Shown here: piece by piece, positions 10,309 through 20,340 of the stretch
How the letters are laid out: each line of letters starts with the position of its first letter
Numbering within the stretch: position 1 is the stretch's first letter
From: Octopus bimaculoides
Taxonomy: Eukaryota
DNA: 33,816 bases
Assembly (NCBI RefSeq): GCF_001194135.2
Contig: NC_069003.1
Coordinates: 27,438,526-27,472,341 of the forward strand
Direction: 5' to 3'
Program-made: the position numbers and the translations under genes
The notes under the pieces: model-generated
Database searches by the model: none
What the model was told of the DNA's origin: nothing
What the model saw: only the letters and a program-made list of their open reading frames with translations

Positions 10309-13300
10309 NNNNNNNNNNTATATATATATATATATGAATATATTTGTGTGTGTCTGTGCTTGTCTCCCCACCATTGCTTGACAACTGATGTTGGTGTGTT
10401 TATGTCCCCATAACTTAGTGGTTTGGCAAAAGAGGCCTATAGAATAAGTACTAGGCTTACAACGGATAAGTCCTGGGGTTGATTTGTTTGACTAAAGGCA
10501 GTGCTCCAGCATGGTCGCTGTCAAATGACTGAAACAAGTAAATGACTAAATGTGTATCTATGTTTTCGTTTGACTTTCAGACCCCATGAATGCACATGAG
10601 TTCCCTGAAGACTATTTGGAACGGGTGAAGACCGTTCATTCAGAAGGGGGTTATGGATCTCAGGGGTGAGTATATATTTTCCTCATCTTTGGCTCTGACA
10701 TCATACTAGTCATGAGATTTCTTTATTGTTGTTGCTGACGAAATCTTTAGAGCGTCTAAAAAAATTCTTCACAATATTTGTTCCAGCTCTCTACTTTAGG
10801 GTTCGATTTTTTGCTGAGACCAACTTTGTCTTTTGTGATTGATAAAATAAAGTACCAATCAAACATTGGGGTTGATGGCATCAACTAAACTCCTCCCTTC
10901 AAAACTCGCTCCACCTAGTTAGTACCAAAATTTAAAACCTTTCTCTGCTGTGGCAAAAGAGGCCGTGTGGTGGACCCGTCTGAAAGGTTTGAAGACAAGC
11001 ACATTCCTATCTGGTCAAGCCCTCATCAAGTCCTTCAAATATCATTTGAAGAAGAAGGCAAGGGTAGAGATTAAAGTGCTGCCTTCTAGTGTGTTTATCG
11101 AAAGGTGGTTGACAGTGGCAAGACTGGTGAGACTGAATGGATCTACTCTCAATATGCTTTCCTAAGCAGGAAGAAAGTATCTGGAAGAGGGTACTTTCCT
11201 ATGCCTTGGAGATGGCAGAGTGATCCAGAATTTTTGTGTTGGGTTTACCCCCGATTACCCTAAGTGAACTACCCCGCTATTGGGGATTCTATTTATTTAT
11301 TATTCATTTCTCTACTTTCTATTATACATCCTCTGTTATATCTTTTAATGTGGTAGTATCTCCCCTTCATTGATGTTAACCCCGGCGGTGGCGGCAAACT
11401 GGCAGAATCGTTACTTATGACTTGCCATCTCCTGTCAGACTGTCCAACCCATGATGATGATTATGACTATCATAAACCACCATCACTCACCACCATCTTT
11501 ATCACACTACAAAAAAAACATTCTACAAAATCAGATGTTCTTCATTATTGAAATATAATCATCTCGAAGAATTTCTCTCTTATTCTGATAATTACCAAAT
11601 ATCAATTGGGTGCCGTTTCAGGTATAGATATAACTGGAAGATAGAAGAAGCTCAGAAAAATATAATGAGGACCCACACAACAGCTGTGAGTGCCAGGATG
11701 TTGTATAAGTTGGCACAAGAGGTAAGTGCTTAGATTGCTTGCATACAAACACTCAGATAGACGTTTCTAACCAGTGAATCTATATTTATTTATTTATGTG
11801 TTTCAGCCAAGTGGCTGCGGTCCTTCTTATTTTACTTTGGCCCTTTCTTCCCCAAGGAGCTTAATCCAGCAAAGTCTTGTCTTCACCATTCTTGACTCTC
11901 GGTTCTCTTTTCTTCTTCCCTACAGCTGGATTTGTACATTTTCAACTCTTTGTTTTTGGGTGGGGGGCAGTATCCTGCCTTCAGCTATTGTTAGGGCCTC
12001 CTTTCTTCCCCCTCCCTTGCAGGTTTATATATTTCCCTGAGAAATGGCCTTCCTCTCTCTCTGAGATTCTGTTAGTTTTGAATTGTCATCAATGCTTCTG
12101 TAAATCTGCAGGGTGGGAATTCCAGAGGACCAACATTCTGGGCAGGAAAGACTGGGTGTGGCGATTAGCACAGAGTCTGAGGGTTTGAACACAGCAAAGG
12201 TGATAAGAGGAGAAGGAGAGGGAAGTGAGTAGAACAGGAATGCCTGGGTTGAAGTGGTATGAGCTCCGAGGAGCAGAGGCCATTACTGTAGTGTTAGTGA
12301 CAGAAAAGGCAGGGAGAGAGGAAACAGCATATTTGTAGACCAGAGGCTGGAGAATATTTCCAGGGTTTTTGATCCTGGCTAGGGACAAATTGGTAGAAGC
12401 TGGTTGGTGAGTGTTGTACATACAGTCTCTGTTAACATTGTGGACTGCTTCCTCTGGAGATGTCAGCTGAAGAAAATATAGTCAGAGTCAGTCATATCAT
12501 ACCTTAAATCCCCACAACCATTGTTTCTCAGAAACATAAACTTGTTTTTGTTTTTTCTTTGTTACAGAAACCTTTCAAACCAGCCAAGTATTTCTCTATT
12601 GACCGTGTGTTCCGAAATGAGACCCTTGATGCAACGCATCTTGCTGAATTCCATCAGATAGAAGGAGTTGTTATTGATTACAACCTGACTTTAGGGGACC
12701 TCATGGGAGTCATTCATAAATTCTTCAGCAAACTGGGTGAGTATCTCTTTTCTATTTGTAAGTAGTACAACATGGGGACTTGATCAAATGATTAAAAAAA
12801 CTATTTAACAATCTAGATTCTGGGTCTAGGAGATACAATCTTGGTTATTACCGGTTTGTTAGATTTCACAAGTGTGGGTATACCTGAAAATGCTATGGGC
12901 CCCACTCCTTCTCCTCCTCAGACTAGATTCTTTAACAAGATAGAACAATGATATTAGATTTTTTTTGCAATTTAGTAAAGGAGAGGTGAAGTACTATCTC
13001 AATACCATCTGACATCAATAAATATATTTTCTGTATTAAAATCCTAAATCTATGCATTTATCTGGGTTTTGTGACCCTTGTTCATTTCTTAGTTGAGCTG
13101 TTTTCACATTCTGAGATTATTCGTTTTTTTCTACAATGTTCTTTCAACAGGAATGACCAAGTTACGTTTCAAACCAGCCTATAATCCTTACACAGAACCT
13201 AGTATGGAAATATTCAGTTATCATGAAGGTAAGTAGAATGATCTCAAACACATACAAACTCTCTCTCTCTCTCTCTTACACACAAGCAATCAACTTTGCT

Positions 13301-14243
13301 TTTCATCCTTTCGGGGTCAATAAATTAAGTACCAGTTACGCACTGGAGTCGATGTAATAGACTTAATTCCTTTGTCTGTCCTTGTTTGTCCCCTCTATGT
13401 TTAGCCCCTTGTGGGCAATAAAGAAATAAGAAACGTTAGCACGCCGGGCGAAATGCTTAGCAGTATTTCGTCTGTCTTTACATTCTGAGTTCAAATTCCG
13501 CCAAGGTCGACTTTGCCTTTCATCCTTTCAGGGTCAATAAATTAAGTACCAGTTATGCACTGGGGATCTATGTAATCGACTTAATTCCTTTGTCTGTCCT
13601 TGTTTGTCCCCTCTATGTTTAGCCCCTTGTGGGCAATAAAGAAAGTCTCACGATTAAAATCTAAGAAAGAGTTAGATGCAGGGAAGTGGGTCAGTCATGT
13701 CCATTAGATCGGAACTCCAAGCATTAAAATTTTATACGAATGATGTTATATGAATTGCAGTTTAGTTATCTTTCTCTATCTTTTTACAGGACTTAAAAAA
13801 TGGGTAGAAATTGGTAATTCGGGTGTTTTCCGACCTGAAATGTTACTACCGATGGGTTTACCTGAGAATGTATCAGCTATTGCATGGGGTTTGTCCTTAG
13901 AAAGGTAGGTAAACTATTTCTCTCTTTCCTTCTACCTCTCTCTCTCCCATCTCTTCATCTTCTCTCCAATCCTCCACTTTCCCATCTCCTCTGATTCCCT
14001 AATCTCTCTGTTGTTCATTTGTTTTTTCATCCCATTTTTTCTTCCATACCGGTATGTGTTAGACAAAGCATCTTAAGGTTGTATTCTGTGGTTGGATGCT
14101 TTTCCTGGTGCCAACCCTTGCATGGTTTTTGAAGTAAGGTACTTAAATCATACATCTTTGCACATTACACTGTTATCAGAAATCATGTAGATGAGAAGCA
14201 AGCATTTTAACCAGACAGCCATACTTCCACCTAGATGTATGTC

Positions 14244-14290
<47 letters not shown>

Positions 14291-14710
14291 TGGTGTCACA
14301 TAACTGGCACCTGTGCCAGTGGCATGTAAAAAGCCCTTTTTGAGTGTTGGGCCTCATGGAGGCAACTAGCACCTATGTAATGGCTGGCAACAAGAGGGGC
14401 ATCAGGCTGTCGAAATATCTGCTTTGCTTCTATAAACCCTATCTGGGTGAATATTAAAAATAATACTGAAATCGATGATGAATCTCATATATACTAACAC
14501 GGTAAAGGAAAATATGGAATATTTTAGGTTTTTGATATAAATTTATTAATCTTCTTTAAAAGCCATGGGATTAACTTAATATTTTATTGTTTTCTTGTTT
14601 ACAGACCAACCATGATTCTTTATGGTATAGACAACATCCGAGATTTGATAGGACCAAAGATTAACCTACAAATGGTTTACAATAATCCCATTTGTCGTGT
14701 TGGAATTTAA
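1496..14710 (+). CDS. FARSA: Phenylalanine--tRNA ligase alpha subunit, 13 coding exons, 492 aa
   Basis: join(1496-1633,4615-4752,5713-5814,6424-6533,6955-7047,8619-8747,9706-9821,10581-10665,11622-11721,12568-12736,13151-13228,13790-13904,14605-14710) = 1479 nt. All introns are GT-AG with compatible phases. Translation contains [54 protein letters not shown] and AWGLSLERP, characteristic of eukaryotic PheRS alpha. Confidence 0.97.
2582..3140. other. Assembly gap (559 N); other gaps at 9026-9215, 10309-10318, 15174-15473 and 16605-16719
   Basis: Runs of N, mostly abutting (TA)n; no coding exon of either gene is missing. Confidence 0.99.
3645..3768. mobile_element. MITE with ~35-bp TIRs, TA flanks and internal TTAGGG motifs
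   Basis: TA|CTTAAATACAGGTCCCGATGCATCTATACGTAAT ... ATTACGTAGATGCGTCGGGATCTCTGTATTTGAG|TA. Confidence 0.7.
4106..4381. mobile_element. MITE with 45-bp TIRs
   Basis: 4106-4150 and 4337-4381 are reverse complements with 4 mismatches; GGTTAGGGTTAGG at 4192-4204. Confidence 0.8.
4615..4752 (+). CDS. FARSA: FARSA exon 2
   Basis: ttacag|ATC; [18 protein letters not shown]...SEIM; |gtaagt. Confidence 0.95.
5332..5640. repeat. Degenerate (GAT/GGT)n trinucleotide repeat
   Basis: Direct inspection; source of the spurious poly-M/V and poly-H ORFs. Confidence 0.9.
5713..5814 (+). CDS. FARSA: FARSA exon 3
   Basis: tttcag|AAA; [23 protein letters not shown]...YKK; |gtaaag. Confidence 0.95.
5855..6078 (+). 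mobile_element. tRNA-derived SINE, family A
   Basis: A-box-like TTGGCAGAATCACTAG and B-box-like GAGTTCAAATTCC, followed by the shared body GCCTTTCATCCTTT...TAAGTACCAG. Confidence 0.8.
6079..6212 (-). mobile_element. 5'-truncated family A SINE, inverted, flanked by a 13-bp duplication
   Basis: Reverse complement of the family A body; TGAAACCAATATT at 6066-6078 and 6213-6225. Confidence 0.75.
6424..6533 (+). CDS. FARSA: FARSA exon 4
   Basis: ctttag|GTG; VEKIEDKVQ...FKKRKLIVE; AG|gtgaga (phase 2). Confidence 0.93.
6955..7047 (+). CDS. FARSA: FARSA exon 5
   Basis: ttccag|C; [30 protein letters not shown]; AG|gtaaga. Confidence 0.95.
7073..7787 (+). mobile_element. piggyBac-like MITE interrupted by a second long-TIR element (~7236-7721)
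   Basis: TTAA|CCCTTTAGCATT start and AATGCTAAAAAA|TTAA end. Halves match the uninterrupted copy at ~23008-23238. Inner inverted repeat at 7311-7344 vs ~7603-7636. Confidence 0.6.
7981..8573 (+). mobile_element. Non-autonomous Helitron
   Basis: A|TCTATATCTATAAAA...GAGCAACGCCAAGTATTCTGCTAG|T: 5' TC, 3' CTAG, inserted between A and T, decayed subterminal hairpin, no TSD. Confidence 0.8.
8619..8747 (+). CDS. FARSA: FARSA exon 6
   Basis: aaccag|T; [42 protein letters not shown]; GG|gtaagt. Confidence 0.96.
8837..8947 (+). ncRNA. Candidate type I hammerhead ribozyme (Penelope/retrozyme-like), intact core, FARSA intron 6
   Basis: TCAC-CTGAAGA(8844-8850)-stem II-GAAA(8928-8931)-CAAGTGT-A(8939)-GTGA. 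Stem I TTGTCAC/GTGAtCAA, stem III ACA/TGT, stem II imperfect. Confidence 0.45.
9252..9605 (+). mobile_element. Family A SINE tandem arrangement (head fragment, full copy 9287-9520, further partial unit)
   Basis: GGCGGCGAGCTGGCAGAATCGTTAGCAC...GAGTTCAAATTCC...AATAAAGAAATAAG then AAACGTTAGCAC restarts the unit. Confidence 0.85.
9706..9821 (+). CDS. FARSA: FARSA exon 7
   Basis: tttcag|A; [38 protein letters not shown]; G|gtaaaa. Confidence 0.97.
10116..10542 (+). mobile_element. tRNA-derived SINE, family B, with internal (TA)n/(TG)n microsatellite
   Basis: A box TGGCTGTGTGGTAA, B box GGTTCAGTCCC, CTTGGGCAAG central motif, internal microsatellite, 3' end CAAATGACTGAAACAAGTAA. Confidence 0.85.
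10581..10665 (+). CDS. FARSA: FARSA exon 8
   Basis: tttcag|AC; [27 protein letters not shown]; GG|gtgagt. Confidence 0.96.
10930..11310 (+). mobile_element. Possible L1/Tx1-type LINE 3' end
   Basis: [16 protein letters not shown]...[12 protein letters not shown]...FIERW resembles Tx1 ORF2 termini by eye; followed by (TATT)n. Confidence 0.4.
11622..11721 (+). CDS. FARSA: FARSA exon 9
   Basis: tttcag|G; [33 protein letters not shown]; |gtaagt. Confidence 0.97.
12100..12420 (-). mobile_element. CR1/L2-group LINE ORF2 C-terminal fragment
   Basis: Minus-strand ORF ends ...[26 protein letters not shown], matching the SF(F/L)PRT..LWNSLP terminus of CR1/L2 ORF2. Confidence 0.7.
12568..12736 (+). 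CDS. FARSA: FARSA exon 10
   Basis: ttacag|AAA; [33 protein letters not shown]...FFSKL; G|gtgagt. Confidence 0.97.
13151..13228 (+). CDS. FARSA: FARSA exon 11
   Basis: caacag|GA; [25 protein letters not shown]; G|gtaagt. Confidence 0.97.
13290..13644 (+). mobile_element. Family A SINE head-to-tail dimer
   Basis: Two near-identical bodies (13290-13430 and 13431-13644) joined by the same junction as at 9507-9532. Confidence 0.85.
13790..13904 (+). CDS. FARSA: FARSA exon 12
   Basis: ttacag|GA; [37 protein letters not shown]; AG|gtaggt. Confidence 0.97.
14605..14710 (+). CDS. FARSA: FARSA exon 13 (terminal)
   Basis: ttacag|A; [34 protein letters not shown]; TAA at 14708-14710. Confidence 0.96.
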
Positions 14711-14832
14711 CTAAGCTATCCTCTACATTTACCTGCTATACCTACCTGCTTCTCTTCCTCGAGACATTTTAGCAACATTTCTCTAACAAGGGGTTGTTTA
14801 ATATGTAATTTATATAAATTCTAGTAATATTT

Positions 14833-14838
14833 AATAAA
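14833..14838 (+). terminator. Candidate FARSA polyadenylation signal
   Basis: First AATAAA after the stop codon (~120 nt downstream), followed by GT/T-rich sequence; usage not verifiable. Confidence 0.5.
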
Positions 14839-14992
14839 CTAACAGTTAATGTGTTCCTGTGTACTCATGGAAAATTTACAGGTGATGATTGTTCTCTTTT
14901 ATAGTCAGTTACTGCTACAAACTGCATTGAAAAGAATTCATTTGATAAATATATATATATATATATATAAATATCATATATATATATATACG

Positions 14993-15173
14993 TGGAGGCG
15001 CAATGGCCCAATGGTTAGGGCAGCGGACTCGCGGTCATAGGATCACGGTTTCAATTCCCAGACCAGGCGTTGTGAGTGTTTATTGAGCGAAAGCACCTAA
15101 AGCTCCACGAGGCTCCGGCAGGGGATGGTGGCGAACCCTGCTGTACTCTTCTACCACAACTTTCTCTTACTCT
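14993..15173 (+). mobile_element. tRNA-derived SINE, family C (tRNA-Arg-like head), truncated by gap
   Basis: GGAGGCGCAATGGCCCAATGGTTAGGGCAGCGGACTCGCGGTCATAGGATCACGGTTTCAATTCCCAGACC: A/B boxes and tRNA-like stems, continuing into non-tRNA body. Confidence 0.7.
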
Positions 15174-16448
15174 NNNNNNNNNNNNNNNNNNNNNNNNNNN
15201 NNNNNNNNNNNNNNNNNNNNNNNNNNNNNNNNNNNNNNNNNNNNNNNNNNNNNNNNNNNNNNNNNNNNNNNNNNNNNNNNNNNNNNNNNNNNNNNNNNNN
15301 NNNNNNNNNNNNNNNNNNNNNNNNNNNNNNNNNNNNNNNNNNNNNNNNNNNNNNNNNNNNNNNNNNNNNNNNNNNNNNNNNNNNNNNNNNNNNNNNNNNN
15401 NNNNNNNNNNNNNNNNNNNNNNNNNNNNNNNNNNNNNNNNNNNNNNNNNNNNNNNNNNNNNNNNNNNNNNNNNGTATATATACATACACATGTAGCTGTG
15501 TATGTATGTGTACATATATGAATTATTCCCTAGTAGACAGTTATTCAGTTATTATTTCTTCATAATATTTGGTGGGAATAGAAATTAACCGTTACCCCAT
15601 TAAAACCTCAAAGCTACAAGATAATGCCTGATTAATTAAAAACAATGTGAATGAATAAGCATTACCTTTGACAGAATATTCTGACTGCAGCCAATTTGCA
15701 CCTGTATAATTCCATAACTCAGGTTGGAAAACACCATTCTGATAGATCTGTGCCATTTGAACATGAGTCAGATGTAAATTGTGACTGTTCTAGTGACTCT
15801 GCCCACCTCACTACACTAGATATAAAATGTTTATGATAGCACTGAGAATATAATTAAACCTATATTCTTGGGTCCATCATAGACATGTTCTTTCTTTGCT
15901 CAAGACTTTTGTCTCCTCATGACATAGAAATTTATTTAAATATGTCTACATTACTAGAAACACTACCACAATTTTGATTTTCAATTTATACCCCCTTGTT
16001 AGTGTTGACCAACATCCTACATGTGAGCCATCATCTCTGCAATGTTGTGATTGATATCGGCATCATGATGTTATATATTTGAATTAAAAACTTTATTATT
16101 AAACTACTCGATTTAAAATGTGTTTTTTGCTATTATTGCATAGAGGAAATTTTTCAACTTAATAATCTATAGCTATGTTCTAAGACAACAGTCTTAATGA
16201 GTCTTAAGTGATGGATTAAGATTAGTGATTAAAAGATAACATTAGCTTGTACTATCATGGGTTCTAATTAGATGGTTAGAGTTAAAAGTCTGTCGTATAT
16301 ATGTATATATACATATGTTTGTGTGTCTGTGTTTGTCCCCCCAACATTGCTTGACAACCAATGCTGGTGTGTTTACGTCCCCGTAACTTAGCAAAAGTTC
16401 GGCAAAAGAAACTGATAGAATAAGTACTAGGCTTCCAAAGAATAATTC

Positions 16449-16490
<42 letters not shown>

Positions 16491-16569
16491 GGATAAGATC
16501 GATATTTAAAATATTGATCTTATCAAGTGGTCAGCATGGGAATAAAAACCATCAAAGGTAATAATTATT

Positions 16570-16867
16570 TAAAATTATAATACAGGGTATCTAAGAGATA
16601 CCACNNNNNNNNNNNNNNNNNNNNNNNNNNNNNNNNNNNNNNNNNNNNNNNNNNNNNNNNNNNNNNNNNNNNNNNNNNNNNNNNNNNNNNNNNNNNNNNN
16701 NNNNNNNNNNNNNNNNNNNAAATCCTGACTCTAAAACCACAATAAATGTCCACATAGCGTCTTCGCTACTTGTGCTATGTGGACATTTATTGTGGTTTTA
16801 GAGTCAGGATTTGACTGCTATTTTTCAGCGTGGTGGTATCTCTTAGATACCCTGTATTATAATTTTA
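16570..16867. repeat. Foldback palindrome spanning an assembly gap
   Basis: 16570-16604 pairs with 16833-16867 and 16720-16758 pairs with 16774-16812, all perfect; 15-nt loop. Confidence 0.88.
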
Positions 16868-16891
16868 TATATATACACACACACACACACA

Positions 16892-17103
16892 CAGGGTGTT
16901 CAAAAAGTCTCTCTGTAGTATTTTATTGCAAAATAAATATTTATAAGATGGTATAAGACTACAAAAGAATATATTAGACTTTACAAGACTTTAAAAAACC
17001 TTATAAGAGGCGCTGAAAGTGTCGTCCTTCATTTTCGATACATAAGTTGACTCTTCTACACATGTTTTGAAATTCACTGCAGAGAGACTGTCTGAACACC
17101 CTG
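16892..17103 (-). mobile_element. Tc1/mariner deletion derivative (MITE) retaining transposase C-terminus
   Basis: TIRs CAGGGTGTTCAAAAAGTCTCTCTG / CAGAGAGACTGTCTGAACACCCTG (2 mismatches in 24); minus strand reads FQNMCRRVNLCIENEGRHFQRLL* (stop 17003-17001). Confidence 0.85.
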
Positions 17104-18084
17104 TGTGTATATATATAAATCAACATCAATAAGAACAACAATAACAAGTGATAAAGCCATATATTTTATTTCACCACAGATCTACCATAACATATCATTT
17201 CTGAAGCTTTACAAATACCAGTGGACAGTTAATGGCTGAGCATTGGGACACATTTGGAAGATGTAAGATCATTGATCACTCATAGTTAGTTTTTTTTTTT
17301 TTCCTTTTTAGTTTTTTTGTTTGTATTTCTCCGAAACAAAGGTGTTTAATGACATGAGGAGAATGCATGGCTGAGTGAATAAGGTTATTTGCTAAGCGAT
17401 CATGTAGTATTGGAGTTCAGTCCCAATGCACAGCAGCACCTTAAGCGTTTTCTACCATAGCCTCAGGACAATCCCAAGGTCTGTGAGTATTAGTTTAGTA
17501 AATGGAAACTGTGTGGAAGCTCACAGGAGAGCTCGTTCTTGTTCTTGTGCCAGGTTGTGGTGCTCAACACCAAAATCTGGCCCTTGAGTATCTTTAGTGG
17601 AATCCATTCTGTTACATGAATTCAGACCAAATTCTTTGTTTGAGGATTCCTTTATCCCTTTCTTCCACCAGTTTCTGAGGTCCAGTAAAAGGGTCTTGGC
17701 ACTGCCATTCGTCCTCTGACTAAATCCTCAAAAACAAAACAAAAATATAAAATGAAAATAAAGTAGACAAAAAATAAATAAAATAAAATGAAAATTAAAT
17801 AAAATTTAAAAAAATAATGGGATCTATGACAAACTGGCCCCTATACAGTGGGAGTGTGTCTTCAAGCAGGATCAATAGCTGTTAGACATTTGAGAGTTTA
17901 TTTTTTAATTTTCTTTGGTTGTAAGCATTGATTGTTTGGTTTTTAATATAGGCACAAGGCAAATATTTTGACATGCTAAGAGTATAATGAATGAAATAAG
18001 CTTGGGGCTTATAATAAGTTCAGTTCTGGTAGGTATTACTATCGCAAGTCAAAGGACTCGTATGGCTAGTTACCTTGGTTTCCA

Positions 18085-18305
18085 TAGCATATAAACGACT
18101 AAGATCACAGCATTTCACCCAAGTAGGATGCCAGTCCTTTACAGGGTTATTCGTTTACAGCTGAGTGGACTGGACTGGAGCAATATGAAATGAAGTGTTT
18201 TTGCTCAAGTCAAGAACACAATATACTGCTTGGTCCAGGAATCGAAACCTTGATCTTATGATTGATTGTGAGTGCAACATCCCTAAACACTATGCGACAT
18301 ACCTT
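18085..18305 (-). mobile_element. Old tRNA-derived SINE
   Basis: Minus strand GTCGCATAGTGTTTAGG...GGTTTCGATTCCTGG...TGTGTTCTTGACTTGAGCAAAAACACTT. Confidence 0.55.
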
Positions 18306-19040
18306 CCTTTTTTTTTTTTTTTTTGAAATATAACAGGCAATAATTTTATCATTTTGTCTCACCAGATACATAAAAGACAAAGCTGACCTAAGCTGAAATT
18401 GAACTCAGAACGGTGTGACTTAACTAGATGCAGTGACATATTTCTTTTTATTTGAACACTTTTTTGGGGGGTTAAGCCATGATTATTGTTTTGTTTGACC
18501 TTTAGTTTGCCCTACTCCCACCAGTGTAAAATCAATTAGTTTGAGACCCCCTTCATCGTCATTTAACGTCTATTTTCCATGCTGGCATGGGTTGGACGGT
18601 TTGGCTGGAGCTGGCCAACTGGAGAGCTGTACCAGGTTCCAGTCATGTGTTTTGGCTTGGTTTCTATGGCTGGATGTCCATCCTAACACCAACCACTTTA
18701 TAGAGTGTACTGGGTGCTTTTTAAGTGGCACTGGCACATAAGTGAGCTTATTGCAGATATCTTGTTTTTTCTTTTAGATTTTAAGGGAGTTTTTGTCTAC
18801 AAATTGTATGGATAATCCCAAAGTTTGTTTTTTTTTCCCCCTATGGGAAAACCTAGAACCTATCATAGTTATATTTAGTCTGTAGAACACTCCCCTCGTA
18901 TATTTTATTTTCCCTTCAGCCACATTGCTAATGTATGTAGTCTGGTGCTGTATTGCCACCATCACCACCACCACCACCACCTCCACCACTACCACACCAT
19001 ACTACCATTTGTGTCTGTATTCATGTGTGTACAATTAGAT

Positions 19041-19375
19041 CTTTCACTTGTTTCAGTCATTTGACCATGGCCATGCTGGAGCATCCCTTGAAGGGTTCAG
19101 TCAAACAAATCAGCCACTTTACTTATTCTATCGGTCTCTTTTTGCTGAACTACAAAGTTGCTGGGATGTAAACAAAACGACACCAGTTGGCAAGAGGCGG
19201 TGGGGGGAAAACAAATACAAATACAAAAATATACACACACACACACTCACAAGCTTCTTTCAGTTTACATCTACCAAGTATTCTCACAAGGCTTTGGTTG
19301 GCCTGGGGCTATAATAGTAGACACTTGGTTAAAGTGCCATGCAATGGGACTGAGCCCAGAACCATGCGATTCGAA
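19041..19375 (-). mobile_element. Family B SINE, degenerate
   Basis: Reverse complement of the family B tail and body. Other partial copies at 16285-16452, 17365-17520 and 33050-33160. Confidence 0.75.
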
Positions 19376-19399
19376 ATTGAAATTGTTTTCTACTCTAAG

Positions 19400-19520
19400 C
19401 ACAAGGCCCAAAGCTTTTGGGGTAGGAGCCGGTCAATTAGATCAACCCCAGTACTTAATTTATCGACCCTGAAAGGATGAAAGGCAAAGTCAACCTCGGT
19501 GGAATTTGAACTCAGAACAA
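19400..19520 (-). mobile_element. Family A SINE fragment
   Basis: GTACTTAATTTATCGACCCTGAAAGGATGAAAGGCAAAGTCAACCTCGGTGGAATTTGAACTCAGAAC. Further fragments at ~10780-10930, 18350-18440, 28905-29000 and 29600-29690. Confidence 0.75.
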
Positions 19521-19575
19521 AATCAAAATTCTTACCACAAGCCCATGTATATGTGTGTGTGTGTGTTTGTGTGTG

Positions 19576-19641
<66 letters not shown>

Positions 19642-19777
19642 GATTTGAACTTGGAATCTTGGGGCTACTAACCCTAAGATTCCGAGTTTGATTGCAGGCA
19701 GTGACCTGAGTAATAATAATAATAATAACATCGAAAAATACCTTAGGAATGAGGACACAGGTTTGAAATTTCCCTAA

Positions 19778-19823
19778 AACACCTGATGAAGGCTGGAGGG
19801 TATATCAGCCAAAACGATGTGTT
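19778..19823 (+). ncRNA. Degenerate minimal type I hammerhead ribozyme motif in a Penelope-like tail repeat
   Basis: AACAC-CTGATGA-A-GGCTG(gagggtatat)CAGCC-AAAACGAT-GTGTT; stems I and II perfect, two core substitutions. Confidence 0.6.
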
Positions 19824-20194
19824 AACAACAAACAAGATGAGGATAAATATCCATCAAATGTAAATAATGTACATAATTCCTCATCTCTTAAATATAGAAC
19901 TGTACTATATATATATATGTATGTATATGTTTAATGTTAACTCAGCAGTAGCTTTTAATCTCTATATTTGTTAATATTTATCCATCTATCTATACACACA
20001 TATAGATACACTTCATGGTCCCTCACCAGTTGTTTCTCTCTGTAGCTTGTGCTCACAGTTAATACAGTAAACAATTTTGACCAGTATGTCTTTAGACCTA
20101 ATATAATTATCATTTTTTTAAAATATAATTTTGAGGTCCTTGTAGCATAGGGGTCTACAAAAAAAAAAAAAAGAAGAGGCATACAAATTCAAGA

Positions 20195-20340
20195 GATATC
20201 AATTGATAGAAAGTTTAAAGGACTGAATATCATAGACCAGGGGAAAATAAGTTGATGGCAACGAGTTCTAAAAAGCAGTAGTTCACGGAAAAAAGCTATT
20301 AGACTAATAGGATGCTCAACAGAGAAATGGTTCACCTTTA
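20195..20340 (-). mobile_element. CR1/L2-group LINE 3' fragment, decayed
   Basis: NSFFP*TTAF*NSLPSTYFPLVYDIQSFKLSIN. Confidence 0.65.

Noticed and set aside
14996-15070. Possible tRNA gene
   Set aside because: Stems are mismatched and the sequence continues into a SINE body; treated as a SINE head.
17525-17720. ~65-codon open minus-strand frame (RTNGSAKTLLLDLRNWWKK...)
   Set aside because: No recognisable protein family and no clear splice context.
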